Positions 26,691-46,539 of a stretch of 64,000 nt of DNA are shown piece by piece. Each line of letters opens with the position of its first letter. Position 1 is the first letter of the stretch. The stretch covers positions 744,001-808,000 of the forward strand of contig JAQGDQ010000052.1 of the NCBI GenBank assembly GCA_030141605.1. The letters run 5' to 3'. The notes under the pieces were generated by a model. The model searched no databases. It saw nothing but the letters and a program-made list of their open reading frames with translations, and was not told the DNA's origin. This DNA comes from Tubiluchus corallicola. Taxonomy: Eukaryota > Animalia > Priapulida. Both the position numbers and the translations under genes were made by a program.

Positions 26691-27514
26691 ATCAGCATAC
26701 ACTCACATCCAAATCCGCGGAGTTTTCATGGATATATCTGTGGCGAAGTTCGGAGGAACTGGCGTTGATATTTGAACTGAATTTCAACTTTAAGTTTTTT
26801 GAAAGAGATCGTAGCAGAAGAAAGCTGCGGCACGTGCCAATAAATGTTAAAAATGCCACGTTTTAATTAATGCAACGAATAAAGAGTTATTTTATATTAG
26901 AATGTGTGTGTTTTAATATCGAATCGAAAATATTCTTTCACAGTACCCATGTTCATATAAGGTTATGGCGTTATACCCACAAAGCACGCGTTGTGGATGC
27001 GTCCAGTCCAGGCAAAGAGACGGCAAAAATCAGTGTTGAACTGCGCGATAGACCTGCAATTTATTAAAATAACAGATCACAAAAAGTGCTTAAGAACGTG
27101 CTAAAGGTTATTACTATTTAGACAAAATGAAAATTTGATTTAAGAAGACTGAAACACAAATTATTACTTTATGATTCTAGAGATTTCAAGCAATTCTAAC
27201 CAATTTAAACTATTAACTAATTATGTAGATGGTGACTTACATTTACTGGTGACAACTTTGACTTGAAAATACAACTAGTGACTGTTAAATTGTAACAAAA
27301 TAGACAAAGCAATGTAACAAAATAGACAAAGTATCACCAAACGGCATTATCAGCATAGCGGCAACAGAAAATGTAACTACGTGTAAGAACAAGTGTGATT
27401 GATAGGTGGCGTATACTAAAGCTTAGGTCACATGACTAAGGCTGGCTTCGTTTTAAACAGTTTCAGGAAATGCATGTTTGTAAAAATGCAAAAAGGAAAC
27501 AAATAATTATAGAA

Positions 27515-27807
27515 CTAGCAAAGGCCCCGCAAAAGATTTTGCGTATAAATACACGTGTAATCAATAAATGCTATCTATCCATACCCAGCACCACCCTCGG
27601 CCCGTTCCCGTTCTCTATATCTCAGCCGTAGAACCTTTGCAAAAAACGGCCGAAAAATGGCCATTTTTGGAGGTTTTTCGCCCCCTTTCCTCCCGGTGGG
27701 CTCGATTCGAAAAATAAACCATCAATGAGACGACACTAGATCGAGACCTTTTGTTTGATATATAGATCGCCGCAAATGGTGCCGTCGTCCGGGCTGTAGC
27801 CTCGAAT

Positions 27808-27847
<40 letters not shown>

Positions 27848-27887
27848 TATTAAGATACCAAGAATATTAATATAATAGATAGATAGA
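27515..27887 (-). mobile_element. Non-autonomous Helitron, copy 3 (internally deleted)
   Basis: Both termini are present; roughly 400 bp of the interior is missing at about 27570. Confidence 0.85.
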
Positions 27888-28677
27888 CTAGCAAAGGCCC
27901 CGCAAAAGATTTTGCGTATAAATACACGTGTAATCAATAATACGCTAACATCCTACATAGTCCTCATGTATAACACAAAGCCCGTAACATCATGCCTACT
28001 GTTTGTTTAGCTAACGCAAAGCCTGTAGCTTTTACTGAATTAAAGCTATAAGATTATAGACAGAGTACAATGGATGACGTCACTACAATGGCATGCGTCA
28101 ACAGTTTTCTAAGCGAAAATTGCCGAAAATAGAACATGTAGTTAACTCGTCCCTACTCCTCTCGGTGGACCTACCCTAAAATATAGCCCACATCACCGTG
28201 TAGCACTGTTCTTCCTCTTTCTGACGAGCCGTATATCTCCTCCGAGAGTCCCACCGGGCGCCGCTAGAACGTTTTTCCCGCAGGCTGTTTGGTCAAAATT
28301 CCGAAAAAATCGCGAGTTGGGTCCGGGAAAACGCCCTTTGCGGGACGCCGTGGCCCTCTCGGGAATTCTAAATATGCCTACTAGACCCACCGCTGAACGG
28401 GCTATCTATCCATACCCAGCACCTCCCTCGGCCCGTTCCCGTTCTCTACATCTCAGCCGTATAACTTTTGCAAAAAACGGCCGAAAAATGGCCATTTTTG
28501 GAGGTTTTTGCCCCCCTTCCTTCCGTTGGGCCCAATTCGAAAAATAAGCCCCCAATGGCACGACACTAGATCGAGACCTTTCGTTTGATGTGTAGGTCGC
28601 CGCAAATGGTGCCATCGTCCGAGCTGTAGCCTCGAATCTTATATATATATATACCAAGAATTTTAATATATAGAAGA
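27888..28677 (-). mobile_element. Non-autonomous Helitron, copy 4
   Basis: Full-length copy abutting copy 3, with minus-strand junction CTAG|TC. Confidence 0.87.
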
Positions 28678-30331
28678 TAGCATAACGCTGAGTTTTAACA
28701 TTATTGTTTTGAAATTCTTAATATTGCAAGAAAGACATCGATTTATTATAATATACTCCTCAACAATCAACGTTTTTTACTACTTTTTATTAGAAAATAG
28801 CAACGTTTCTAGGGCATACTATCAGTCATTATCACATACGAAAAAACATTTAAATAATGTACTAACAACTGGTATTATCACATGTTACTGATAGTAGTTC
28901 TTAGCGTATGATTTAATACTTGTTCGGTATTCCGGCCCCTACTGGTCAATGAAAAAAACCGATTTCCACAAGGCATTTGCCAGCACGATATGGTTACAGG
29001 ACGACAGGATTATCTTTCATATACAACCCAATTTTCAAATTCGATCAAAAGTATACATTTTCGCACATTTAATACTGCAACAGCGTTTCTGATAATTAAA
29101 TTATAGATGAAAGATTATTTAACGGCGGGCGAGCCCAACTATTGATGACATCACGAACTAACATAATTTTCAACAGCAAAAATATTCCCTGAGCGTGTTG
29201 CGAAAACGAAAATTGAAGTACAGTACTGCAAGATATTCATTGTGTTGTACTAAAACTAGGCAAGTTTTAAGATAAAATTTCAAATTTCAAATTTACCACT
29301 GTACTCATGCATGAGCTGTCGAACGTGTGTAATTTGTCAGAAACTAATACATCTGAAATAAGAGGTACAGTACCTGTTTTTTGTGCAGTGCGTTTTCGAA
29401 ATGCAGGCGTTACTGCCTGTCTAACTAGCGAATGGCAAAATGCATGTATAACAGCGAAGAACTAGAGGCGAGAACGTGCACTCGTGTTTGTGTGGTAATA
29501 ATTCTTTCACGTAAGTCAGTTTTGAAAAAAATAGTATGTTTACTTCCAATATTTTGCTTTAATTGGTCTACTTTGGGAGCGCCATCAACCTGTCTTAAAT
29601 GGTCTAAACTTGTTTGCTAAACTAGCCAACCACGAGATCCGTCGTCTCTGTGATATCATAATTTTACGTAACCGATTTATTTGCGAGAATTGAATATGAG
29701 ACTAACAACAAACGGGCAAGCAATACTAGTATTTATTTAGCACAGTGCAAAAACATTATACTGGAGCCTAAATCTCCACACCTTTATTCTTTCTTCAAAT
29801 CAAACGAAAAAATTTTATTAAAAAATAGTGTTTTATGATATTTCTGTTTTATAACAGACATTGTTCACAAAGTGTTACCAGAAAGTAGTGTCAGGGAAAT
29901 TTTTTTATTCAAAAACTGAAACCTATATAGTACTTTACGCCTAATCATCTATACATTTTACGTTGTTTTGTCAATTATCTTCACACTAACAGACAAACCT
30001 GAGCATAAAGTAATTCAAAAAATATCGTTGTTGTGAGTGTACTGTAACTGTGCCTGCCAGAATGGCATGCGTTTCAATGTCACCTTGGATTGAGAAACAA
30101 TTTCACAACTTCAAATAACAAGAAACTCTTCGTGTCACTATTGTCGTATTTTCAGATCAGCCGAATAATTTCCTCGCAATTGGCTCTGTCAGTACCTCCA
30201 GCAGCTTGCACCGCTTCTTTTTTAGTTCATATAAAATTATATATCGTCTTGTGTGTTTTAAGTTTCTTGCTCTTCCTTATTTTACCATGTTTTATACCAG
30301 TGATTTAATATCTCGTTTTTGTGTTTCTTTC

Positions 30332-30628
30332 TGTCGGAAGGCTCGTAGAGAAAACAAGAAAACACGTTGTCAAATTGAACAGGTTTATTGTGTGAGAATT
30401 CCACAACACAAATTATGAAGGAACGGGAAATACGTACAGACAAGTGATAGGAAAACAGCGTACTATAATCAGAGAATCTGAGATTAATCTGAGAATATGA
30501 GAACAAACTTGAGCGGCCACTCCGCCTTAGGAACTACTACGCGCATTTCGTATAGAAAGTTCTCGAATCTTCAACAAGGTAAGAAGATTGTTCCACCATA
30601 CTGTAGAATATTCCAGACGTCCACAACA
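30332..30628 (-). mobile_element. Solo-LTR-like dispersed repeat, related to 16810-17162
   Basis: TGTCGG...CCACAACA ends and shared terminal sequence. Confidence 0.5.
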
Positions 30629-30689
30629 CTCGTCTAAATGGCTCTAATAGTCTGACAGTCTGTTCAAATCTGAGTATAAACTCGAAATT

Positions 30690-31272
30690 CATGTTTTGAT
30701 TACTGATGTTCCTAGAGCACATAAGGAGACCTACGCAAAATTTCGTCTTAGCGCGCATAGATTACAAATTGTAGCTGGTCGATATACCAGACCTAAAACA
30801 CTTGCTGATATGAAAAAATGTATTTTATGTAAGAATGAATTAGGGAAGAAGAATTTCACTTTAGTTTGCAATTTAATGTTTATTGTCAAGAAAAGACTGC
30901 GTTCTTAAATCAAATATCACATATTTTTCTAGAATTGCCATCCATGTGCTATATTGATAAGTGTATTTTTAAACAAAAGTGGAGATGTGGAAGTTAAGAA
31001 ATTTCTGATTAACTATGTACAAAAAATTTCAACAATACGTGATTTTAAATTAAGAAGTATGAATTAATTTTGTTAAGAATTAATGTATTCAATCAGCACT
31101 GTGATATATATGTAGATGTGTTTGTTATAAATTATGGCATTTTTTTAATCAACTACGCTTAAAAAGAGCCCTGTATTTGTAGGGAGTGTTCCTGTATGGT
31201 TGTTTATTTAAGTGTATGATTTGTTAATTGCACTTGTGTTTACGTTTGTAAAATAAAGCGTTTATTATTATT
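30690..31272 (+). mobile_element. LINE 3' end (RTE-X-like) with UTR and (TTA)n tail
   Basis: KFRLSAHRLQIVAGRY...CILC motif; the 3' UTR and tail at 31185-31272 recur at 57545-57663. Confidence 0.7.
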
Positions 31273-34200
31273 TAATAAAATCTCTGTAGATGCCTTCTGC
31301 AATCGTAGCGGATCTGGTTTGTAGATCTTGCTTGTCATTCATCACATCGTTTTCACATCCTGCAAGAGTCACTTTTTAATTAATGTTTTCTAGTCACAAA
31401 TAGTTGTTTTAATAGGCTGAGTGTCGTCGGTAAATTTAACATTCACTCATTCGCAAAAATGCAGTACTACAGTGTTTCCATAGATTGTCGTGAAAGTTAA
31501 CATCGTCTTGTGTCAGTAGATCATGCGGGTTATAGCTTACCAACGCAAAGTGTTGCTTTTCAACTTCTATGTGTTGTCCGGGCTGTGGGACATCTTTAAA
31601 ACAATGAGCTACTATTAAAATAAGTGCGTCGTTAACGAGGAAAATCCTGAACCAAGAATAACATCTCCAGTCATAAATACATAATGCCTCAAGACCCATT
31701 TCAGTAACCATGCATTCTTTCCGTTACTGATTTTGGGTTGAGCAGGCTGCCCTTCGTCTAGTACCCAAAACTGTAGGTCAGGACGACAACAGAGTCTTTT
31801 TCTGGGAGTTATGGAGGGTCCAACTGTATGTACATCCTTCTCATTAAAATACAAAATTAAGCTAATCATTGTTAATAAACATTAATAAATAATAATTAAC
31901 ATTTTTGTTATTGCTCCCTTCTCTGCTGTAATTAATCTTCCAAACTTTAAAATAATGTATTTGCGACATTAAAAATCCATACGTTTTTATAAGGCTTATA
32001 AAGGTGGGGGTTACGGTAGGTTTGGTACTACCTGAAACGGATCACGTACTGGAAAAGTTTGAGAAACACTGGCTTAGTAGCTGTAGCAAATAGGTCTTCT
32101 GTAGATAGTCGTGCGTCAAAGCAGGACAAGGTTGTACTAGACTCAGTTTGGCGCACACCAGGAAGTACACTAGGTATATTTGAAAATTGGTATATACAAA
32201 CTGCAGATAAATATTGACGCAAAGATCATACTAATCCATTATCTAAAATACTTAGTTTATGTTACACAATATCTCTTCTATACGTATGATCTTACGTATG
32301 ATTAATTTCTGTGATTAATATTAAAGTTGAACTGATTTCTTATGTTAAATCCAAAAAATTTGGATGTTTCCATTTTTGTTTTGAAATTTGGTCAACTCCC
32401 ACGTAGAGCTATTATTACTGCTTGGTCACTGCCTGGGATTTTTCATAAATGGCCCGTTAAGTACTATTTCGCTCGACTAGGAACTTAATTGGTGACTAAG
32501 AATTTAACTTCATTTATCTTATAATAATGTATCTTTTATATTGAGCGCGATCGCGCAAAATGAAAAAATTACATTATATAATATTAAAGCTTTGTAAACC
32601 ACGATTGTACAAAAAGACTGGAAAAGCTGCAAACCTACAACTTAATTTTGAGCTGTTTCTATGCCACCTTCTCTATATACTATCTAAAGGCTGCAAAGGC
32701 TGCAGATGCCTGTATAGGATCTCCAGATTTGTGGGAAAGGCGGATTTACGTTTAATCTGGAGCATGCATGCAGGACAGATTAAGCTCAAGTACTGCGATT
32801 GAAAGGCTGGACGTGCACGGATTGTTTTCCCTGTGCTGAAGAGGGTCTCGATGGCCAAACATGAGGGCCATCATCGTCTATTGTTATGGCTTTATGACGG
32901 CTCTTGTACTTCATTGTGCCAGTCTTCTCGTCATTATGTGCGAAAAGGTGGAGTAATCTTCATTTAATGGTGGCAAAGTTGGTGTATTATGTTTGAAGAG
33001 GCTTGAGAGCCCGGAAAGATTTAAACTTCATTTGAAGAGCAGATGCACAGCACTTCGCCGGATTTATTAGCATCTAAAGTAGTGTAGAACTTGGAAAAAA
33101 GAATGATAATGTTTCTTTTCGGATAACGTGCCTCCTGCACTTACATCATGTTGTACGGGAGTTCATAAACTCAAACTACTCCTTGAGAGGAGACCTGATC
33201 CTAAAAATTCCACTCGTAACAACTATCAAATACGCTTTGCATTCGTTTCAGTACAAATAAACGATCAAAAGCGTGGAACGAGTTAAAAATGATGCAACAA
33301 TTTTCTCCATGCTTAATAAATGTCTTTGTAAATAAAACAAGAAATGGGTGATTTATTTTTGCCTTTCATGTGCTGGTTTGAGATGAATTACTTGTTGCAA
33401 TAAGTATTCTGTAATTTTTACGTTTTATCGTCAATAGACTCAACTCAGTACTATTTCACACTTAACGGAACGTAGCTATTTTATTCAAATTGTAAATAGG
33501 CTTAGATACATGTCATTGTGCTCGCACCTGTAAGATTTTTTTCGTTATAATAGTTGTCATTTCAGTCAGTGATAATAGTTCCTGTGTGAACTAATGTTTT
33601 ATGCAACTAAAAATGGCTACATTTTTAAATAAACTACTTACATATTCGTTGGTGGCTCGAAACACGGATTATGTTTCGGCCACTGATGTGACTTTTCTGG
33701 TTTGTTAGTGCTCTTAAAATCGGTTCTCCCTGTTACCTTCAACTATCATTCCGCCGATCGATATTGGTGCTCGGCAAAAATGGCACAAGAAAAAAGGGCA
33801 CAAATGGGAAAAATATTGTGTGCAAATGGAAAAAATATTGTCTGTGTTTGTTTAATCAGTTATAATTCTCGCCTGAAAGTCCTACAGTGGCGTTTCCAAA
33901 TTTTTCTTTGCTCCTACCTGGTCCTACCTACCCACCTACAGAACCAAAATAAATCCAGTACGTCTCTGTCACCTATTAGTATTGGTTAACGATCCACTGC
34001 TCGCCAATATAATTTTTCATAAGGTAATGCAACTGAAGAATATTTTGGTTTTATATCAATGAAAAAAAATCTGTTTTAATTTATATTTACCTGCTACAAT
34101 TTAATTAAAGAACAATACCGGCTCCGATTCGTTTATTTACAAATGAAAACGGTTTATTTACAAGACGCATTCACGATAAGTGTTGCATAATTTACAATGA

Positions 34201-36294
34201 AACATAAAAAAACAACATCGAGAATTAAAAACATGAAATGCAAACCCGTATCAGTTAAACCGATGATTGCAAATAGATGCAATTTAGTGGAATATAAAAC
34301 AACTATGAAATATCGAAACAACTGAAATTAACAAAACTAACAAATCAAAAACTTTCGGGAACCAAGTGTAGACTGTAAAATTCTGTAGACTACAAAAATA
34401 CAAAAAAAAAATCAACGAAACAAACAAACCAAAAACATCGTAAAGAGTGTCATTAAATGATGGAATATCAAAAATGTTAAAATTTAATGAAATATCTACA
34501 GAGTACAATGGAAAAATAAGCAGGAGCGGTGCAACGTTAAACGTTGCGGTAGATATTTGTCCACAGATCTAATTGCTATTTAAAAGTCTGTGATTGCAGA
34601 TGAAGAAAATATTATTATTATTATTATTTTGAATAAACGAACAATATTTCTGGGCATAAAAGTTAGGTATGATTTATACTTTAATGATGTGAATTGTGAA
34701 GAAATATTACTTATAAACCTTTTAAGGATGAGAGAGGAAACCAAATTCGACAGCTACAAGATGCATACCGCTAACAAAATTATGGAGATCAAGATTTAGC
34801 TTATCTTAGCTATTATCAAAAATGATTCCACGAAAAGAGACATGAAGACGAGAAAACTAGCCTCTTTGCAACATCCAGGTACATGTATATACATGTAAAT
34901 AATAGTGATGTAATTATTGCAAATATGATATCAATGCAAAAGTTAATTCTAGAATACTCCTGTGGAGTTTCATCACGATCCATTGAGAATTCACAGATCC
35001 TTGGGTTTTTTCTAAACGATCTTCCCCTAGCAACAAGCAAAACAACAACTACATGCAGGTGAGTAGCAATTGACATGACCCCTCCATCAAAAACACGATG
35101 CCGGCTCATACGCGTGCGTGCCTTGTTTATGTGGAATTTATGCGGATGCGGATGCGTTTTCCACTGCGGAACAGCCAAAAAATCTAAAGAAGCAGCTGAA
35201 AAAAAGAATAACGCATACGCAGGCTGCATTGAAAACAATATAAACCATAATTATCTATTCCACACACCCCAAACCGCATCCGCCTTCGCATGCTAAATTA
35301 ACGCGACTTTAGACTCCAAACTGGCGCGAATATTTAAAAAATTTCACGGCCACTAAATTTGCGACACTAACATCCAGCTAACGGGTCTCGCCAACCGTGG
35401 GACAGATATGTAAACCCTCCACGACCAACGCACACACCGACGTGGATCCAACGTCTACGAATAACACGTAACTATTGTCTACAACCTGGGAAGAAGATGA
35501 GAAGCCCAGAATTCTGCATCGACTGAGGAATCTTTCTTCGCAAAATCTTATTTCAAATTATTATTTGCGTTATACCTGTACAAGATAAATAAAAGATTGT
35601 GTTATTATGTTGTGTTAAGTCACTTTACCTGACGTATTGTTCATATACTTTTCTTTTTCAATTTGCTTAATATTGTAAATGAAGGACTCTCCTAAGACAT
35701 GTGATCCTGTCCACACTTTTATGTTTGCTTTTAGGTAAAATTCCTAAATTGTGTGTTTTTTACATTTTATTTGACGGCACTAGACTCGGTCTCTTGTATT
35801 AAAGCTTCATTGTTTATAGGCAATGCTGCTTTATATACCATAAAAGTAAATGTGTCTCAACTCAAAAATAAATGGTATCGTGTAGACAGTTAGTTCCTTC
35901 TGATATTTGAAAACTGGATGATATTCTTGTTATCAAAAGTAGTGGCTAGAGACACAACTAATAGGTCGATGATTAACCTACATTCCTTGATAACAATCTT
36001 ACTAAAGACTAAGTGCGTTTGTATGTCAGATATCGTTTTTTTAAGAAATTTTCTAACTCTACGTGTTTCACTATTTGCATAATGTAATAATTTATCAGCA
36101 CTTTTGTAGGTTTTCTCTGTATCTTGCTGAACTTTTACACTGCCTATAGCATAATTAGGCATTATTAATTATTAATAATTAATAATTTGCGGGTCTTAGG
36201 TACGGCTGCTTTTGCCGAACTTCGTGTTCTATGTACGCGTTAGCCGTTTTTCTAAAATTGGAAAGTGCAGTGATCTAATACTACGTGTGATAAA

Positions 36295-41922
<5,628 letters not shown>

Positions 41923-42418
41923 TGTTTGACAGGCGATAGCATTTATGGGTGATATTATCCCCTGCTTGTTGAAATCTGTAACTTCTTACTTTCCATGGTT
42001 TGGCTTAACGTTCCTTATTTTGGCCTAATAGTTTGTGTCGCAGCGAGAAGTTACAATAGTGTCATGAGTGAAACATTATTTTACACAGTGTTCCGGGTTT
42101 GGCTGACTCTTAAAGAATGCGTCTGCGGGTAAGCTAACAACAAGTTCAAAGACATAATGTTACAACGTAGATTGGTTTTCAGTACTGCTAACATGCAGCT
42201 GTTTCGTAAATTACGAAGTGTCACACACCAAATGATCCTTCGTGATCTTTCGCACAAATGAAACCAAAGAAAATATCGACAAAACCACGAGAAAGAGCCA
42301 TTAATCTTAGTAAAAAAGTCTTACTATCTCTCACTCACTCACTCACTCACTCAATCTCTCTCTCTCTCTCTTCGTTTTAATATGTAATTCAATAAAAGCT
42401 GCTGAAGGCTTTGCGTCA

Positions 42419-42441
42419 AGAGAGAGAGAGAGCGAGAAAGC

Positions 42442-42507
<66 letters not shown>
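42419..42507. repeat. (GA)n microsatellite
   Basis: Direct reading. Confidence 0.95.
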
Positions 42508-42511
<4 letters not shown>

Positions 42512-42594
42512 ATAGCTGTACCAAAATCGCAAGACAGACCTACACCCATAATGACGCTACTGTGTTTGGCGCTAACGCATTACGAAACGCTTAT

Positions 42595-42900
42595 TGAAAC
42601 AACTTCATTAGGCTTATTTTTAAATAGAGTCACTAAATCGTTTAGGTATAAAATTGGTGAGCAAAATACACATTGCTGTCAATGTAATAATGCAATTCTT
42701 AAAACACCAGAACACATTGTATTTTACTGCGATTTAGCACACTCCCTATTTCAAATTAAGTTAAGGCAGATTGTGCCTTCAGCCAACGTAAGCGAGATTT
42801 ATCTAAAAAGAGATGAAGATATGTGCCGGCCGTATGCAAATTGATTTTAGTTATATTTACAGAAAACACGTACTGCGTTAAAATGAAGCCATTATATAAA
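42595..42900 (+). mobile_element. LINE ORF2 C-terminal zinc-finger relic (L1/Tx1-like)
   Basis: FRYKIG...CCQC...TPEHIVFYC resembles the CxxC...HxxxxC end of LINE ORF2. Confidence 0.5.
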
Positions 42901-43062
42901 TTATAGTATATTATAATATGTATATATTTTAAATTTATTGTTAATATGCGTTGTGAATGTTATATTAGTGCTTTTGGTGTACAAAAGATTATATAAAAGT
43001 AAAATAGCCAAGCCAAGGCTTAACTACTGCTAAAGTATGCATGTATGTCTCTGCAACGTTTG

Positions 43063-43065
<3 letters not shown>

Positions 43066-43146
<81 letters not shown>

Positions 43147-43215
43147 TAACAACAACAACAATAACAACAACAACAACAACAACAATAATAATAATAATAA
43201 TAATAATAACAATAA
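43066..43215. repeat. (AAT)/(AAC) microsatellite
   Basis: Direct reading. Confidence 0.95.
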
Positions 43216-43234
43216 TCTCCGTCTTTCTCTTTCT

Positions 43235-44405
43235 CTAATCAGTTTGGTTATGTAGAAAAACTTGGCAGTGAAATTTGCATAAACACATTAAATGAAATCA
43301 TTGACTACTACATTAGTCGTGATAGCTCTGTTCACATTGTTTTTATCGATGCGTCAAAGGCATTTCATAGGGTTAATTTCTTGAAGCTTTTTCTCAAACT
43401 CACAGAGACTTCAATCCCGAATATTGTAATCCGCTTGCTCACATTTTATTACACGCAACAAGGCATGTCTGTCAGGTGGGAACATAGCCAGTCTACAACT
43501 TCTAATATTGGAAGTTTCTTACAATTTTTCTTACACCTTTTCTTACAATTTTTATTTTGAAGATCTAAGTGTTAAGCTTTCATCCACCCAACTTGGTTGC
43601 AATCTCTCGAACATGGTTATGAACCACCTAATGTACGGTGATGATGTTTGTTTGTTAGCAACAACGATTACGGCCCTACAGCAACTACTAGACGTGTATA
43701 AATTGTATGCTGAACAGTATGACATAAAAATCAATGTAGCTAAAACTAAACTTATGTCTGTTAATTCAAACATCATGAGAAATTTACGTTTGGTAACATC
43801 AAACTAGATAATAATGTTTTACGTACCTGTGATAATGAAAAATATTTGGGACATATTATTTCAAATGATAACTGAGATGACCTTGACATTGTTAATCAAA
43901 GATGCTTATACTACTGTCGTACAAACCAACTTATTAGAAAATTCAGCTATTGTTCTGTTGATGTTAAAAGATATCTATTTAATGCTTACTGTAATACATT
44001 CTATTGCTTGTCTACTTGGAGACATTTTAATAATAATTCCAATATCTTAAAACTTAAAATTACGCACAATGTGTCAAAAAGATTATTTTTTGGATAAGCA
44101 TATGATTACAGTGCTCGTGAGATGAGTGTTGAAATTCGCGTGATGTATTTTGATGTATTACGTAGAAAATCTGTCTTAAGTTTTAATGAAAAGATTTGAT
44201 ACTACGTGTAGTGATAATTTAATGCGCCTGAAAATTTTTACATCGCCCATAAGACAGCTATGGTGGAGACTATTGTTGTCATTTTCATGTTTATTTAAGT
44301 TTGCGTGTGATTTGTTTGTATTGGTTTTTTGTTTTTATGATGTTGTACGTTATATATATGTAAATTATAATATGAAATTATGTTTAAAATAAAGAATTAA
44401 ATTAA
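43235..44405 (+). mobile_element. Degenerate 5'-truncated LINE (RT to 3' tail)
   Basis: FIDASKAFHRVNFLKLF, NHLMYGDDVCLLA...LQQLL, KYLGHII; AATAAA and a short-repeat tail at about 44390-44405. Confidence 0.85.
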
Positions 44406-44414
44406 ATCAAAATT

Positions 44415-44586
<172 letters not shown>

Positions 44587-44836
44587 CAATGTGTGTGTTT
44601 GTAGGATAGATAGACAAACGCTAACACATTTAATTTCCCATTGCCTCTTACTATCAACATGTCTACAATAACTAATGAAAATAGCTATGCAAAGTTGATT
44701 TAAAAGATACAAACTGCTATGGAGACAAGAATGCTTGTTGTGCACTTATAAATGTTGCTAAAGATTTGATCACAAAAGTATTAAAATCTTTAGAAATTTG
44801 TTAAATAATTCTTTCTCTTTTTGTGTCTTGTAATAG

Positions 44837-45025
44837 GTGATTATATGTACGTAAGTGGAAATAGTTTCCAACCCGGAAACGCGTCACTGATATCACCATT
44901 CAATGATCAGGAATTATTCGATGCCCGAAATTTTCGTACAAATTCATGTCGGAGGAAAGTTTTCGGCTAGAAGTTCTACTAGAAGCTGATACAGTTGAAG
45001 AAACCCTCCTCTGGAACTCTTCTGA
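44837..45025 (+). pseudogene. Orphan, frameshifted central MAM-domain exon
   Basis: Acceptor ...ttgtaatag|; (G)DYMYVSGNSFQPGNASLISP, then in a shifted frame CPKFSYKFMSEESFRLEVLL...LLWNSS; donor-like GTTAGT at 45026. Confidence 0.72.
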
Positions 45026-45826
45026 GTTAGTTGTGCTATGCCTTCAACCGTTTAACAGGGATGAGAATTTTCCTTGAATACGCTGTATTCCGAGTTTTTG
45101 GAAGACCAGTAGTGCCATTTTTGTAAATCTTTACGGATCCAGTGCATTATTTCACAAGCTGATCGCTAGTTGGCAGGCCGTCACTTTGTTTACATCACGT
45201 ACATCAGTGTAACCACGTGTATGTCTCTATGTATAAAGATATAGAATCAATTGTGTGAAGTTATTTGAGTCCATTGCAGACAGTTTTTATAAACCTTTGC
45301 ATAGGAGCGACCAGTACTTAGGCGTCTTTGAGACAATTAGGTATCATGTATCCTTGATAGTTGGATATTTTAAATTATGCATGAAACAAGGTAATTGATA
45401 TTTTAAGTCCAGTTGGAGGCTCTCCATGGTCACAAAATTACAATTTGTTGCTTTGCCTCCCTGGAACCCCCATATGGGCCTACGCGGCTCCCACATCCCC
45501 GGCCTATTTCAGAGTTTTTTTGCAATTTGACAATCTGATCTGTGCTTTAACACCTCTTTACAAACTGATAAGACAGAACTGTCTCTCGCAAAATTAACTA
45601 GAGCTTAAATTCTTGCTGCTTCTTTATACCTACAAATATAGTTCGATATTTTCTAAAAGCACTTTTCTAAAAACTTTATAGTTTTTTTTTCGGTAGCAGA
45701 TCCAAATAAAGACGCATGTTTCGATTTTAATTATTATTAAGCGGTTGCCTGTCATTATAATTACTATTCTGTACTGTAATTTACCGTTTGTGTAGGTACA
45801 ATCATCGCCGATTTGTGGAATTCATT

Positions 45827-45834
45827 CTCTCTCT

Positions 45835-45896
<62 letters not shown>

Positions 45897-46132
45897 GCTG
45901 GTTTGAGCAAATAATTCCAACCAGGTCACCAATAGTTTGCGCAAGGCTGGCACTCACTTACGCACGCAAGCACACACATACACGCACGAACACATCCATA
46001 CGCACGCACGCACGCGCAGGCACGCACAGACACGCGCGCGCACACACGCACGCAAACACACACACACACACACACAAACACACACCCACACACACACACA
46101 CACACATACACTCCCTCTCTCACTCACTCACT
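45827..46132. repeat. (CT)n and (CA)/(CACG)n microsatellites
   Basis: Direct reading. Confidence 0.9.
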
Positions 46133-46539
46133 TACGCAGAGTTTAGACAGTTTTGTCACAGCCCTATACAATAGTGCTCTCATTTTTATCGTACTAATTA
46201 AATTTCTAGAATTAAGATTGCTAAGTTAAGCAGAGTAGCGCCAATGAGTTTCATTTTGTAGTGCTAAGTGAAAAGTTCATTTTGTTTATGTATGTAATTA
46301 TTATCTCTCAGGCTAGTATAGTAGTGCCATCTACTGTCAACTTTGTTTATCAAAGAAAGAAACCAGGGACATGAACTTGACAGGTGTGCTTCCTTATTTG
46401 GCAAGTTTGACCACCAATCCTGAGTGATGATAAATAGGACATTCACAGCTGCTACTCTTTATAACCCGTTTGATTGGTCAGATTTAGGTGACCTTTACAT
46501 GATATGCAGCCATTCAGCTGAGAGCAAACAGGTTTTACA

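Noticed and set aside
31436-33110. Exon-like, GC-richer minus-strand segments including VAHCF
   Set aside because: No consistent spliced frame and no other serine-protease catalytic motifs were found.
35890-36162. 90-aa minus-strand ORF, perhaps an RT relic
   Set aside because: Motifs are too degenerate to assign.
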